NCBI GenBank assembly: GCA_951406725.2
Contig: OX597814.1
Location: forward strand, 224,006,001-224,070,000
Reading direction: 5' to 3'
DNA: 64,000 bases
From: Octopus vulgaris
Taxonomy: Eukaryota
The notes under the pieces were generated by a model. That model saw only the letters and a list, made by a program, of their open reading frames with translations, did no database searches and was not told the DNA's origin. A program made the translations under genes and the position numbers. Positions 1 through 11,149 of the stretch are shown in pieces (the stretch's first letter is position 1; each line of letters starts with the position of its first letter).

Positions 1-211
1 ATTGATCTTCCAGGATTCTTCCACTCAGCACCAATGTAAGAAGCACTGTTGGCTCAGTTGAGCTCTTCCACTACCTCTTCACAATCTGCAGTCCCATGAT
101 TTCACCACATCCCAGTGCCAGAGTGGCTGAAAGGGTGCTAGGCCTTGCCAAAGGGCAGCCCATAACTATGCAAGCACAGTAGGCACTCTATAAGGTATTT
201 GTAAAATACCT

Positions 212-444
212 ATTTCTTTACTACCCACAAGGAGCTAAACACAGAGGGGACAAACAAGGACAGACAGACGGATTAAGTCGATTATATCGACCCCAATGCG
301 TAACTGGTCCTTAATTTATCAACCCCGAAAGGATGAAAGGCAAAGTCGACCTCAGCGGAATTTGAACTCAGAATGTAACGGCAAACGAAATACGGCTACG
401 TATTTCGCCCGGTGTGCTAATATTTCTGCCAGTTCGCCGCCTTT
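212..444 (-). mobile_element. SINE family B (tRNA-like head with GAGTTCAAAT B-box, body containing GCCTTTCATCCTTTCGGGGTCGATAAATTAAGTACCAG, Deu/Nin-like domain)
   Basis: Matches the other copies in the window; TAAAATACCT duplicated at 202-211 and 445-454. Confidence 0.85.
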
Positions 445-629
445 TAAAATACCTGCATAGCTTGAGCATTAAAGCATGTAAATTAGGCATAACCTTACAT
501 ATAGAACCAAGGTTGATTTTTTTTTTTTTTAAATATCTTTTTGGGGAAATAAACGTGCATTTTATACTGTGCCATGAATGATGGGGTTTCAACTACATGC
601 ACTCTAAGTTCAATCAAACTTTTACCTTT

Positions 630-700
630 CATCCTTTTGAGGCTTGTTGATGAAAGACTTTGTTGCTGCAGCCTGGGTTGGAACCCAGCCATCATAAAAA
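630..700 (+). mobile_element. 3' tail stub of RTE-like LINE family G
   Basis: ctttgttgctgcagcctgggttggaacccagccat recurs near 15075 and 50330. Confidence 0.55.
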
Positions 701-705
701 TGACA

Positions 706-1107
706 ATAATGATTTCAAATTTTGCCACAAGGGCAGCAACTTTTGGGGAGGGGACTAGTTGATTATATCAACCCCAGTGTTTCACTGATACTTAATTTAT
801 CAACCCCAAAAGGATGAAAGGCAAAATCAACCTTGGTGGAATTTGAACTCAGAACGTAGCAATGGGTGAAATACCTATTTCTTTACTACCCACAAGGGGA
901 GACACACAGAGGGGACAAACAAGGACAGACAAATGGATTAAGTCAATTATATCAACCCCAGTGCGTAACTGATACTTATTTAATTGACCCTGAAAGGATG
1001 AAAGGCAAAGTCAACCTCGGCGGAATTTGAACTCAGAACGTAACGGCAGACGAAATACCGCTAAGCATTTCACCGGGTGTGCTAACGGTTCTGTCAGCTT
1101 ACCACCT
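706..1107 (-). mobile_element. SINE family B, dimeric form (head + two internal units + alternative tail)
   Basis: Two related ~184-bp units in tandem, then the tail cccttgtggcaaaatttgaaatcattatt. Confidence 0.85.
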
Positions 1108-2449
1108 TATCAGTATCATCATCATGATCATCATAATGAGGAGGAGGAGGAGGAGAAGGATAATGAAAGAACAAACCCAGGGTAAGTGGATTAGCAGAAT
1201 TGTTAGAAGGTCAAGCAAAATGCCCTTGTGAAAATTATTTTTGCTTTATGTGTTGATAGAAACAACTGAGATGGCCATTGGTGACAAATTGTGCTGGTTT
1301 CAATTGGCAAGCCATCTCTTGGATAAACATCAGTGGTGTGAACAGGAAGGAGAAACTCGGCTGCATAAGTGACAACAAGTCTGCCTCAAAATGTCTTGTC
1401 CAGGTTTGCACACATACTTACAAGGCATTGGTCAGCCTGGGGCTATAGTTAATAGAAGACACTTTCTCAAGTGGTACAGTGGTACAGTGGGACTGAACCC
1501 GAAACAACATAGCTGGGTGAATTATTTTAACTACACAACAATACCTGCACATACATCATCATCATCATCATCATCATCATTATTATCATCATTTTAATGT
1601 TCACTTTTCCATGTTTGCATGGATCAGATGGAATTCAACTGAGGCAGATTTTGATTATTTTTTTTTTACAACCAAGATGTCCTCCCTGTCATCAAGCAAA
1701 GTAATAAATAAATGCTTCCTCATGACCAGATAAGGTTTTATGAAGACAGGAAACGAATGACAACACTTGTATGATGATGATACTCATAACTATCACATAG
1801 TCAAAATAAGTATACACATGCATGCACACGCACTATATTATGTGTTTGTGTATATATATATATATATATGATGGGCTCATTTCAGTTTTCATCTACCCAA
1901 TCCACTCAAGAATTTGGTCCGCCTGGGGTTATATTAGAAAATGTGCTGTGTTGTCATGCAGTGGAACTGAGCCCAAAAACACATAGTTGGAAAGCAAACT
2001 TCTCTAACACACACCCAAACCTCCACCTAAATTCTTCAAAATTGGTGTATTTGTGATTTTACATATACCAAAATTCAATAACCTATATTAATGTCTTTCC
2101 CCTTCAAATAACTCAGGCTTTTTATTCTTTGTCTGACTCACAACTTATGTTGCTAACACATTCTCTTTTACTCAGTAACACTCACTGATGCAGAGAGGGT
2201 ATAGAACTATCATCTTTTCTCTCTTTCTCTCTCTCTCTGGAACTTTCATTCTCTCCAACAGTCTCATACAATCTTTTTCTGCCATACTCAGTCACTACTT
2301 TAAGCTCTTGTATATCAAAGATGTTTTAACCATTATACTGAAACACAATTGGCCTACTACCTCCAAACAACAACTAACATTCAAAATTTGAAACAGACAA
2401 ACCACATCTAAGCTTTTTTTTCCCTACCTTTAACCCTCCAACTCAGAGT

Positions 2450-2815
2450 ATAGGCCACTTATAGTTGAATTCCATGTTGCATAATTTTTCGCTTCTGTAC
2501 TTATACTCTGCCATGAATATCCCCCTTTCTCTAGTTCCTTTTGTGTTGATCTCCGCCACGAGTTCTTAGGCCTACCTCTCCTTCAATATCCAACCGGTTT
2601 CCACTGTAAAGCACTTTTCGCTACATTTGGTGTTTCTTTTCTGATTGTGCTACCAATCCACTTCCACTTTTTCTTAACTATTTGCTCCCTAATTGAAACT
2701 TCATTTGTTCTTTGCCACAGCTCCATATTGCTTATGTGTTCAGGCCATCTAATTTTAAGTATACTACGCAAGCGTCTGTTGATGAATGATTGTATTTGCT
2801 TATTTGACTTAACTG
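2450..2815 (-). mobile_element. Degenerate RTE-clade LINE ORF 3' end
   Basis: Peptide LRSILKIRWPEHISNMELWQRT...WKWIG...ALQWKP..RRGRPKNSWRR, typical RTE C-terminus, contains a stop. Confidence 0.85.
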
Positions 2816-3780
2816 TTGTTAACTGTTATCCAAGCGGATAACTCTTTCGCCTTTTACACCTAACCTTACTGTCATTTATTCCTTATATAAGCTACTGATA
2901 GAGGAAGACTAAACCCTTGAAAGCAGTGTGCCAGTATGGTCACACTCCAAATATAGAAACCAGTAATAAAAGAATATGAAACTGCTGAAATCATCCCCAT
3001 GCTACAGAAGCATGTAATACTTGCAAACAAATTAGGAGACTAAAGGAAGATACGAAAGTGGATATTACAGCAATGGCACACAACCATAGCTAAGGCAAGT
3101 GCATTTGAGAAAGCAGCAAACCATGACATAGTCAACAGATGACAAATATAGTTCCTTGCCGTCAAGCCACAATTATTATTACAACCAATATCACATCCAT
3201 TACCGTTATTTCCATCATTATCATTGCCATTATCATCCAATGACAGCAATCATTTGTAATATGCTCTGAAATAAAATGCCAGCTAAAATGCTGATATATT
3301 TATTCAACAACAATCATAAAAGTTAAGTGGCCCATTATTGAACAATTTGTTGTATTTAAGTCCCCCCCCCACCACCACCAGTCATTGGGTCAAAATAAAA
3401 ATAGCAACAATAAAAAATAAATCAAGTTTTAAAAAGAACAACAAAAAAAACGGTTTAAATGGGATGGGAGAAATAGTTTTGAAGTAAAACAAACTTAGCC
3501 TAGTCTGGGGGGGGGGAGAGATGGAGCAAGAGTTGGGAGAGAAATACCAGGTTACTTACTAGAGAGGTAAGAATTTATGAGGTTGTCAAGTGACCCAAAT
3601 TCTCAGATAAAAATAGATAAAAAAAATTTCTTCATTAAACAACACAGAAAGAAATAGTATCTCAAAATCACCCCTAACCCAACCAAACACCTAACCCCAT
3701 ACATAGACAATTATTTGATTGGTTTCTTTTACACAAACCATTTCAGAATTGATAGATTTGGTCATCAGTAGTCTTGAGTA

Positions 3781-3850
3781 AGGTAGACAGGTAGATGCAT
3801 ATGGAGACAAGTAGATGCATATGTAGACAGGTAGATGCATATGTATACGT
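3781..3850. repeat. 20-bp tandem repeat x3 (gtagacaggtagatgcatat)
   Basis: Seen directly. Confidence 0.8.
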
Positions 3851-3863
3851 ACTAGCCATTATA

Positions 3864-4064
3864 CCTGTACTGTAGTAAGAGGACCGAAATGCAAATTATA
3901 TGACTGACAAACACTAATTACAAATGATTCTGTTCAAAAGTAGTACTGTAATCTTAATCTTCCTTCGGGCCTAAAGAAGGTGTGCAATCAGCTACTGCAA
4001 GCCAAAACACTTATTAACTACGTGCACTTTTTACTCAGCTGCACCTATCTCTGCAATACACAGG
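3864..4064. mobile_element. Possible TA-flanked MITE (Tc1/mariner-like)
   Basis: TA|CCTGTACTGTAG...CTGCAATACACAGG|TA imperfect terminal inverted repeats. Confidence 0.45.
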
Positions 4065-4650
4065 TATATGGGTTAGTACTGCTGCTGCTACTGTTGCTAC
4101 ACACATTCCTGCATCTTAAAAATGAGAATTCACAAGGCCAAAGTGGGGAAAACTTTTTTTTTAATTAAGGCATAAATGCATCTTATACTGAGAAAAAATA
4201 CCAAATCTTAAAACTGTACAAATTTGAAGTATAGAGGTATGAATCTTAAAATTAATTTTTTTTTTTTTTTTGATGGTTGATAGACATCATAAGCAAAGAG
4301 TTTCAAATTTGAATGTGGTCAAAATTTCACCAGGGGCAAAGGGTGCACAACATCCATGTATAAACCTTAACTATTTTCAAACGGACTGTTTTTGGTCCAT
4401 CTCTATCAATCTACCTGTGCCAACCTTCTGTCCTCAGTTCGCAACCTCGTAAATGCTTGTAACATGAAAAGCAGTACCCAGTAAACACTGTAAAATGGCC
4501 AACATTAGGAAGGGCATCGAGCATCATTGTTTAAATGTTCCCTTTTCTGTGCCCAACGGAATTTGTTTAAGTGGATTTTCTATGGCTGGAGGCCCTTCCT
4601 CTCAATAACTAAAGTAATATTTCCCTTTGACCAGACATGTTTTTACAGAA

Positions 4651-5075
4651 GAACCTGTGTTCTCATTCCTAAGGTATTTTTCAATGTTATTATAATAATA
4701 ATAATTATTATTATTATTATTATTCAGGTCACTGCCTGGAATTGAACTCAGAATCTTGAGGTTAGTAGCCCACGTTTTTAACCACTATGCAATATGCCTG
4801 TGTGGCTACTAACCCCAAGTTTCCAAGTTTGATTCCAGGCAGTGACATTAATAATAATATTAATAATAATAATAATATTAATAATAATAGTAATAATAAC
4901 ATTGAAAAATACCTTAGGAATGAGAACCCAGGTTCGAAATTTCCCCAAGACACCTGATGAAGGCTGGAGGGTATATCAGCTGAACCGTTGTGTTAACAAC
5001 AAACAAGATGAGGACAAATATCAGTGTCAAATGTAAGTAATGTATATAATTCTTCATCTCTTAAACATAGAACTG
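4651..5075. mobile_element. Fold-back element: tRNA-like head + (AAT)n + body with hammerhead-like motif; Penelope-type/retrozyme-like
   Basis: 4651-4800 is the inverted copy of 4801-4935. Minus arm has A-box-like TGCATAGTGG and B-box GAGTTCAATTCC; plus arm continues into CTGATGA at 4954. Confidence 0.7.
4949..4994 (+). ncRNA. Degenerate minimal type-I hammerhead ribozyme motif
   Basis: GACAC-CTGATGA-A-GGCTG(loop)CAGCT-GAAC-CG-TT-GTGTT. Stems I and II pair; GAAA appears as GAAC in this copy. Confidence 0.6.
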
Positions 5076-5835
5076 AAGGCTTCTTTCAGTTTCTGTTTTC
5101 CATATCCAGTCACAAGACTTTGGGGGACCCAAAGTTATAGTAGAAGACATTTGCCCAAGGTGCCATGCAGTGGGACTGACCCTGAAACCATGTAGTTGGG
5201 AAGCAAGCTTCTTACCACATAGCCACACCTGCACTTGTATGTTTAGCGAATAGAAGTGGTATGCATCAAGCTAGACTCAATCTGTATCTTTTAGCTTTGA
5301 TATAAACTGAATTTACTGTGGTTTTAACTGCTAATTGTGATATATGAAACAAAAAGGTCTTTTTGTTTGGGTTTTTTTTCTAAACTAGCACAAATATTTG
5401 CAACAATTCAAAGTTAAAATCCAACACACAATACATCTTTGTTAATTCTATTTTAACAACGATACCCGTGAGGTCTTTGCAACTTGCAGCAAATGATCGA
5501 CAATAAAACACTTCAACAAAAAAGAAATCTTAATGTACAGTAGCTGACAATAGAGTTTATATATAACCTAAACTGTTGCATTTAAAGACAACACATTGTA
5601 CAATGAACACAAGCACAGCAGCAGAAAAATGCACATAAAACAAATTCATTACCCAAAGCACTAACAAACTTAATTATAACTTTCTCTTTTTAATCTTCTC
5701 TGGTGGAGACAGCAGCTTTAAAATTCATGTAAAGCAATGTTTTTGGACAACAATGCTTTAAATGCAACTGCTACAGCCTGCAAGGTAGGAAAAAACTAAA
5801 GCAAGGCAGCTTCCTGACAAAAGTCATTCATAAGA

Positions 5836-6208
5836 ACATCATCAACATCTTTTAACGTCCACTTTCCATGCTGTCATGGGTTGGACGGTTTGACTGAGGA
5901 CTGGCGAACCAGATGGCTGCACCAGGCTCCATTCTTGATCTGGCAGAGTTTCTACAGCTGGATGCCCTTCCTAATTCCAACCACTCCAAGAGTGTAGTGG
6001 GTGCTTTTACATGCCACTGGCACGAGGGCCAGTTAAGCGGTACTGGCAGTGGCCACAAAAAAAATCATTCTTTTTTTTTTTACGTGTCAACTGCACCCCG
6101 GCACAAGTGCCAGTAAGGTGATGCTGATAACGATCACACTCGAATGGTGCTTTTTACGTGCCACCGACACAAACGCCAGTTAGCCACTCTGGCAACGATC
6201 ACACTTTG
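5836..6208 (-). mobile_element. Family C retro-stub (headless, (GAT)n tail, GGCGTTAGGAAGGGCATCCAGC domain, internal ~57-bp repeats)
   Basis: Same sequence as the copies at 8136, 20268, 21817, 30668, 56365 and 61123. Confidence 0.8.
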
Positions 6209-7411
6209 CCATGGAAATATCATCATCATCCTCCTCTTTGTGGTTTTTTTAATGTCTGTCTTCCACATTGACAAGGGTTGGACAATCTGACAGGTCTGAC
6301 AGGTCCAAGGACTGCATCATGTGGCAATATCTGTTTGGAATGGTTTCATGGGTGAATGCCTTCTTTAATGCCAACTCTTTATAGAGTTTACTGAGAATTT
6401 TACTTATGGCACAAGCAAAGTTAGATCACTACACAGTTTGCAAGACTAGGATCCCCTCTCAGAATTGAGGAGTTAAGATATGAGAGATGGGAGTCATAAA
6501 AGAACAGGCTACTTGCTGCCAAGGAGCTGCAAAGCTACTCGCAGTATAGAAGAGAGGGTGGGAGTAACTGAGGTGAAGCTGGGAAGAGAGATAAAACAGT
6601 GGTGATGAGGTATCAGGTCAGGAGGTGAGTAGAAGTGAATGGAGACAAGACAACAGAAGGAAAGAATTGGAGAAAAGAAGTTGCAAGTGTGCATCTGGAG
6701 AGCAAGGAATGGCGAGAGATGAGGAATGAGGGGTGAATATAATGAATGAAGGACAAGTGTTGTGGGATGATAAATAAATATATAGGACTGAACAGATTGG
6801 CAGAGTGAGGTGTGGATGTAGTGGTTAATGTTATATGAGTTGGGTGAGAGTAGGTGATGACTGACAGTGCAGAAAGAGGCAAGAAACAGCTGAATATTAA
6901 TAATGATACAGTAGACAGAGGAAGGGCGAGATAGACAGAGGGAAAGAGATGGCATATGGTTGGCTAGGTTGCTAGAGTGTGGGGAAAGAGGCAGTTGTAG
7001 TTCAAGGGGAGAGTGAGAGATGTAAGGTGAAGGAGAGATAATATGGTACTTGAAGAATGATACCAACCTGCCTGAAACCATCCTTGGTTTGATGATACAA
7101 ACTTTCTGTTTTGAAAGGATTAAATTGAAACCTTCCATCAAGATTTCAGTTTAATTGATGTTGCAGACACCAGATTAATGACAAAAATATTTGGAAAAAC
7201 AACAGTTAAATTGAGATTTAGGTTTATTCTAAGTTAATCATAAACAATTTATAATATATATACCTGGCATAAGATATAAGTGTAGAGGTTGTGAGTAAAC
7301 ATCATTTTTACACCGGTTATTGGTTGGTAGATTGACAGGTTGCATGCCTTGTTGAGAGATAGAAAGATAGACAGACAGGTAATTAAACTAGAAAGAGATT
7401 ACATTACTCAC

Positions 7412-7713
7412 CTGTAAAACTCTACTGGTATCAAATCTCCGACTGCTAGGTCTTCCTTCCAGAGTACTAAAGACAACTGTGCCTCCAGAGAGTGGAGATA
7501 TATCACTAAATTCATCACTACAAACTGCCTTTGACTCATCATATGCAGTAATAATAGATTTCGGCCGTAAGCCGTAGGTACGCTCACAAGAAGAACTGTA
7601 GTATTGGTAAGGTATCCATTCACCATCTTCTGTAGTCCTTTTATAGATGGCAAAACTTTCGGGACGACTCGAGTGGAATCGTATACTCACGTATGTGATA
7701 TCAAAAGCTTTCT
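7412..7713 (-). CDS. LAMC1: Internal coding exon of a laminin gamma chain (LAMC1/LanB2-like), laminin N-terminal (LN) domain
   Basis: Translates as KAFDITYVSIRFHSSRPESFAIYKRTTEDGEWIPYQYYSSSCERTY...CSDEFSDISPLSGGTVVFSTLEGRPSSRRFDTSRVLQ, closely matching the laminin gamma LN sequence I recall (KAFDITYVRLKFHTSRPESFAIYKRT...WIPYQYYS...EFSDISPLTGGNVAFSTLEGRPS). Acceptor is T-rich ...tttacag| (AG at 7715-7714, phase 1); donor is CAG|GTGAGT (7411-7406, phase 0). Confidence 0.95.
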
Positions 7714-7809
7714 CTGTAAAGATTAAAAAAAAACAGAAATAAGTAACTTAAGAGATAAAATCTTTGATATCGTCTTTATAGAGGCAAAATAAAATTTGAC
7801 TGTTTAGTA

Positions 7810-8665
7810 CCTTTATCTTTTACTTGTTTTAGTCACTGAACTGTGTGGCCATGTTGGGGCAATGCCTCGAAGGGTTTTAGTTGAACAAAACGACCCCAAT
7901 ACTTATTATTTTTAAGTCAGGTACTTATTTATTCAGTCTCTTAACCCTTTCGCTACCAGCCCGGCTGAAACCGGCTCTGGCTCTTAAGTTTTAAATTGAA
8001 ATCTTCTACCAAACCTTAGTCACAATTAATGTTCCTAACACTTGCTTAATGATAACTGAGTTATTTTATTAAATTCTTTGTTGTATTTAAAGTAACTGAA
8101 AGAAACAGAGAGCATCTCAAAATAAATACAGTAACATCATCATCATCATCATCATCATTTAGCATCCGCTTTCCATGCTAGCATGGGTTGGACGGTTCAA
8201 CTGGGGTCTGGGAAGCCAGAAGGCTGCACCAGGCCCAGTTTGATCTGGCAATGTTTCTACGGATGGATGCCCTTCCTAACGCCAACCACTCCATGAGTGT
8301 AGTGGGTGCTTTTACATGCCACCGGCACAGGTACCAGACGAGTCTGGCAAACGGCCATGATCGGATGGTGCTTTTTATGTGCCACCGGCACGAAAGGGTT
8401 AAACCAACACCGGTGCTCTAAAGAGGTGGTGACAAACACAAAGACACACACATATATGTATGACAGGTTTCTTTTTTTTAGTTTCTGTTTACAAAATTCA
8501 CTCACAACACACACACACAAACACACAGTTTACATCAACCAAATTCACTCACAAGGCATTAGTTGGTCTGCAATTATAGTAGAAAACACTTGCCCAAGGT
8601 GCCACACAGTAGGACCGAATGTGAAACCATGTGGCTGCAAAGTGAGCCATAGCTGAGCCTGTGTC
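7810..8665 (-). mobile_element. SINE family A, interrupted by a piggyBac-type MITE
   Basis: Tail half at 7810-7940; head half resumes at 8403. Confidence 0.7.
7945..8398. mobile_element. piggyBac-type MITE containing a family C insertion (about 8136-8391)
   Basis: TTAA at 7941-7944 and 8399-8402; left TIR CCCTTTCGCTAC, right TIR GTAAC|GAAAGGG split by the insert. Confidence 0.8.
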
Positions 8666-9252
8666 TATGTTATGTAGACGTATGACAGAATTGACCAGAA
8701 TTATACAGATGACTTCCAATTACTATTGACAACAAAATGAAGATAAAATATGTCTGGAGTAAACATTAAACGCCTTCCTGTATTTTGATGTTTTATGATA
8801 CTTAAATTATGAGTTCAAACCTTACTGATGCCAACTGTCTTTTATCCTCTCACAGTCAATAAAATAAATAGCAATCAAGCACCAACATTTATTTAATTAA
8901 CTGTACACTCCAAAATATGTGGCCTTGAATATATATTAGAAACTATTACAATTTTATTCCTCGTATCAGTTTAACATCCGTTTTTCCATATTACTATGAT
9001 TTGGCTTTTTTTTTAAAATCATATAGAATGAAACTATGATGATGATGGTGGTGATGGTGATGGTGGTGGTGGTGATGATGAAACTGACCTTTAAGTCAAG
9101 CAATGTTATCTCTAATATGCTTAGTACTCATGGTACAAATATAAAAATAGTCTCAAAATTATTGGGAATCTCTTTGGTTAACCATAGCTTCCATTCCTTT
9201 GATTAGATAAACTCAAGCAAACAGAATGACACTGCTTGAGACAGACAGACAG

Positions 9253-9256
<4 letters not shown>

Positions 9257-9311
<55 letters not shown>
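9257..9311. repeat. (TG)n microsatellite
   Basis: Seen directly; one of many dinucleotide tracts in the window. Confidence 0.95.
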
Positions 9312-9313
<2 letters not shown>

Positions 9314-9649
9314 ACATGTTGAGAGAGAAAAACAAGCAAAGGAACAAAATCAAAGAATGAAGAACAGCAGCCAAAGTCTTTGAAGAATCTTTCATACACA
9401 TAAAAATAGATCAGTTGTTGTTTAGCCCAAGGTCAGCTCTGGTCAAGCAGACCTTTGATGATTAAAGGCATACTAACCATATTAGACATTTTCACACACA
9501 CCCCACCTTTTTTTTTTTTTAAATATACATTAGGGGCTGCTCTGACCAGTGCATCCTTCTTTATTTGAAATGGTATGGTGTTAACTGAAGAATATTTGTT
9601 TGTTGTTTCCAGCAGAAGGAGCAACTGGATATAGGCTCTGTTTTTTTAG

Positions 9650-10042
9650 GTGTCTTGCTGTAGAAGAGATACATGAGAGATGGTGAAGAAGATGTATCAG
9701 AGAATGGGACAGAGTGGTGAGAAAGGTTCTACAGATGGTGGCATTCACAGAGGGGATGACAGGGGGCCAAGACTCCTGGCAGTTTGCTGTGTTTTAGAAG
9801 ACACATCAATTAAAAGTGTGGTTGCCCTCACATACAGGCTCATCTCACCAGCCAAGCACCCCTAATTTTGCAGGCTCATAGGTGCCGGTGCCGCGTAAAA
9901 TCACCCATGCCAGTACTGCATAAAAGCACCCAGTACACTGTAAAGTGATTGGTATTAGGAAGGGCAATCTAGTCCTTCAGTTGGTTAGCTCCTGTCAATT
10001 CATCTAACCCATGCCAGCATGAGAAATAGATGCTAAATGATG
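9650..10042 (+). mobile_element. RTE-type LINE ORF end running into a family C 3' UTR
   Basis: Aligns by eye with 47590-48000 (gtggtgagaaagg...agaagaca...taaaagcaccc...aggaagggca...ccatgccagcatg...aatgatg). Confidence 0.7.
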
Positions 10043-10069
10043 TGTGTGTGTGTGAGTGTGTGTGTGTGT

Positions 10070-10610
10070 ATAGGCATGGCTATGTGGTAAGAAGCTTGCA
10101 TCCTAATCACATGGTTCTGGTTCAGACCTATGGCATGGCACCTTGGACAAGTGTCTTCTACTATAGCCTCAGGCCGACCAAAGCCTTGTGAGTAGACTTG
10201 GTAGATGGAAACTGAAAGAAGCCCATCATGTGTGTGTATATCTTTGTGAGCAGTTGATTTTACAGTGTGATGCTTGTCTTTACTACTACCACCACCACAA
10301 CTATTACTGCCACTACTACTAATACTACTACTCATCTGTGAAACAAGGAGTAACAGAACTTGTGTTTGTCCCTCCATTACTGCTTGACAACCAGTGTTAG
10401 TGTGTTTACATCGCTGTAACTTAACAGTTTGGCAAAAGAGACCAATAGAATAAGTACTAGGTTTTAAAAAAAAATGAGTCCTGGGGACGATTTGTTTGAC
10501 TAAAACCCTCGAAAGCGATGCTCCAGCATGGGCCGCAATCTAATGACGGAAACAAGTAAAGTAATATGGTGGTGCCCCAGCATGACCGCAGTTTTGAAAC
10601 TGAAACAATT
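10070..10610 (+). mobile_element. SINE family A with internal low-complexity insert and duplicated tail
   Basis: Head ggcatggctatgtggtaagaagc...ggttcag; tail module ccagcatg(g/a)ccgca occurs twice. Confidence 0.75.
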
Positions 10611-10957
10611 TTAAAATTTAAAGATAAATACACGTGAGGTGGTAGTTCGTAAAAGTGTGGAAACTTGCGCAAGAGATATCTTCATGCATCTTGAGCTGTT
10701 ATTCCATGTTTGGTTTAAGTTTATTCTGATCGGAGGAAGATTTGAAATTCTTCAGATATACCAAAACTAATCAAAAGACAAAAGCACAGTTTCGGTGCTA
10801 GATAACAATGTCAACAATAATACTTTATCCAAGTACTTCATTGACACTTAGCGTTTGCAATTCTTGCTGAATAACTTATACATAACTGTTACCATAGCAA
10901 GAACACAACTCTTAGTTTGCTGGCCGCGAAACAGGTTCTGTTACTCCTTGTTTCACA

Positions 10958-10959
10958 GT

Positions 10960-11004
<45 letters not shown>

Positions 11005-11079
11005 AGAAGTAGTAGTAGTAGTAGTATTAGTAAGAAGAAGTAGTAGTAAGTAGTAGTAGTAGTAAGAAGAAGTAGTAGT

Positions 11080-11124
<45 letters not shown>

Positions 11125-11149
11125 CAGTAGTAGTAGTAGTAGTAGTAGT
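10958..11149. repeat. (AGT)n trinucleotide microsatellite, imperfect
   Basis: Seen directly; source of the poly-L/Y/T/V ORFs. Confidence 0.95.

Noticed and set aside
6509-7141. 210-aa minus-strand ORF next to the laminin exon
   Set aside because: S/L/P/H-rich translation of a purine-biased tract overlapping a MITE remnant; no laminin or other recognisable motif.
7388-7411. ORF extension VSNVISF and the GTG start at 7690
   Set aside because: Read-through into the intron past the GTGAGT donor; the exon is defined by its splice sites.
1-7411. Next laminin exon (expected to begin with EWVTA-like sequence)
   Set aside because: Not found by eye; it probably lies beyond the window start.
7412-7713. 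Netrin assignment
   Set aside because: KAFDITY, WIPYQYYS and EFSDISPL match laminin gamma better than netrin as I recall the sequences.
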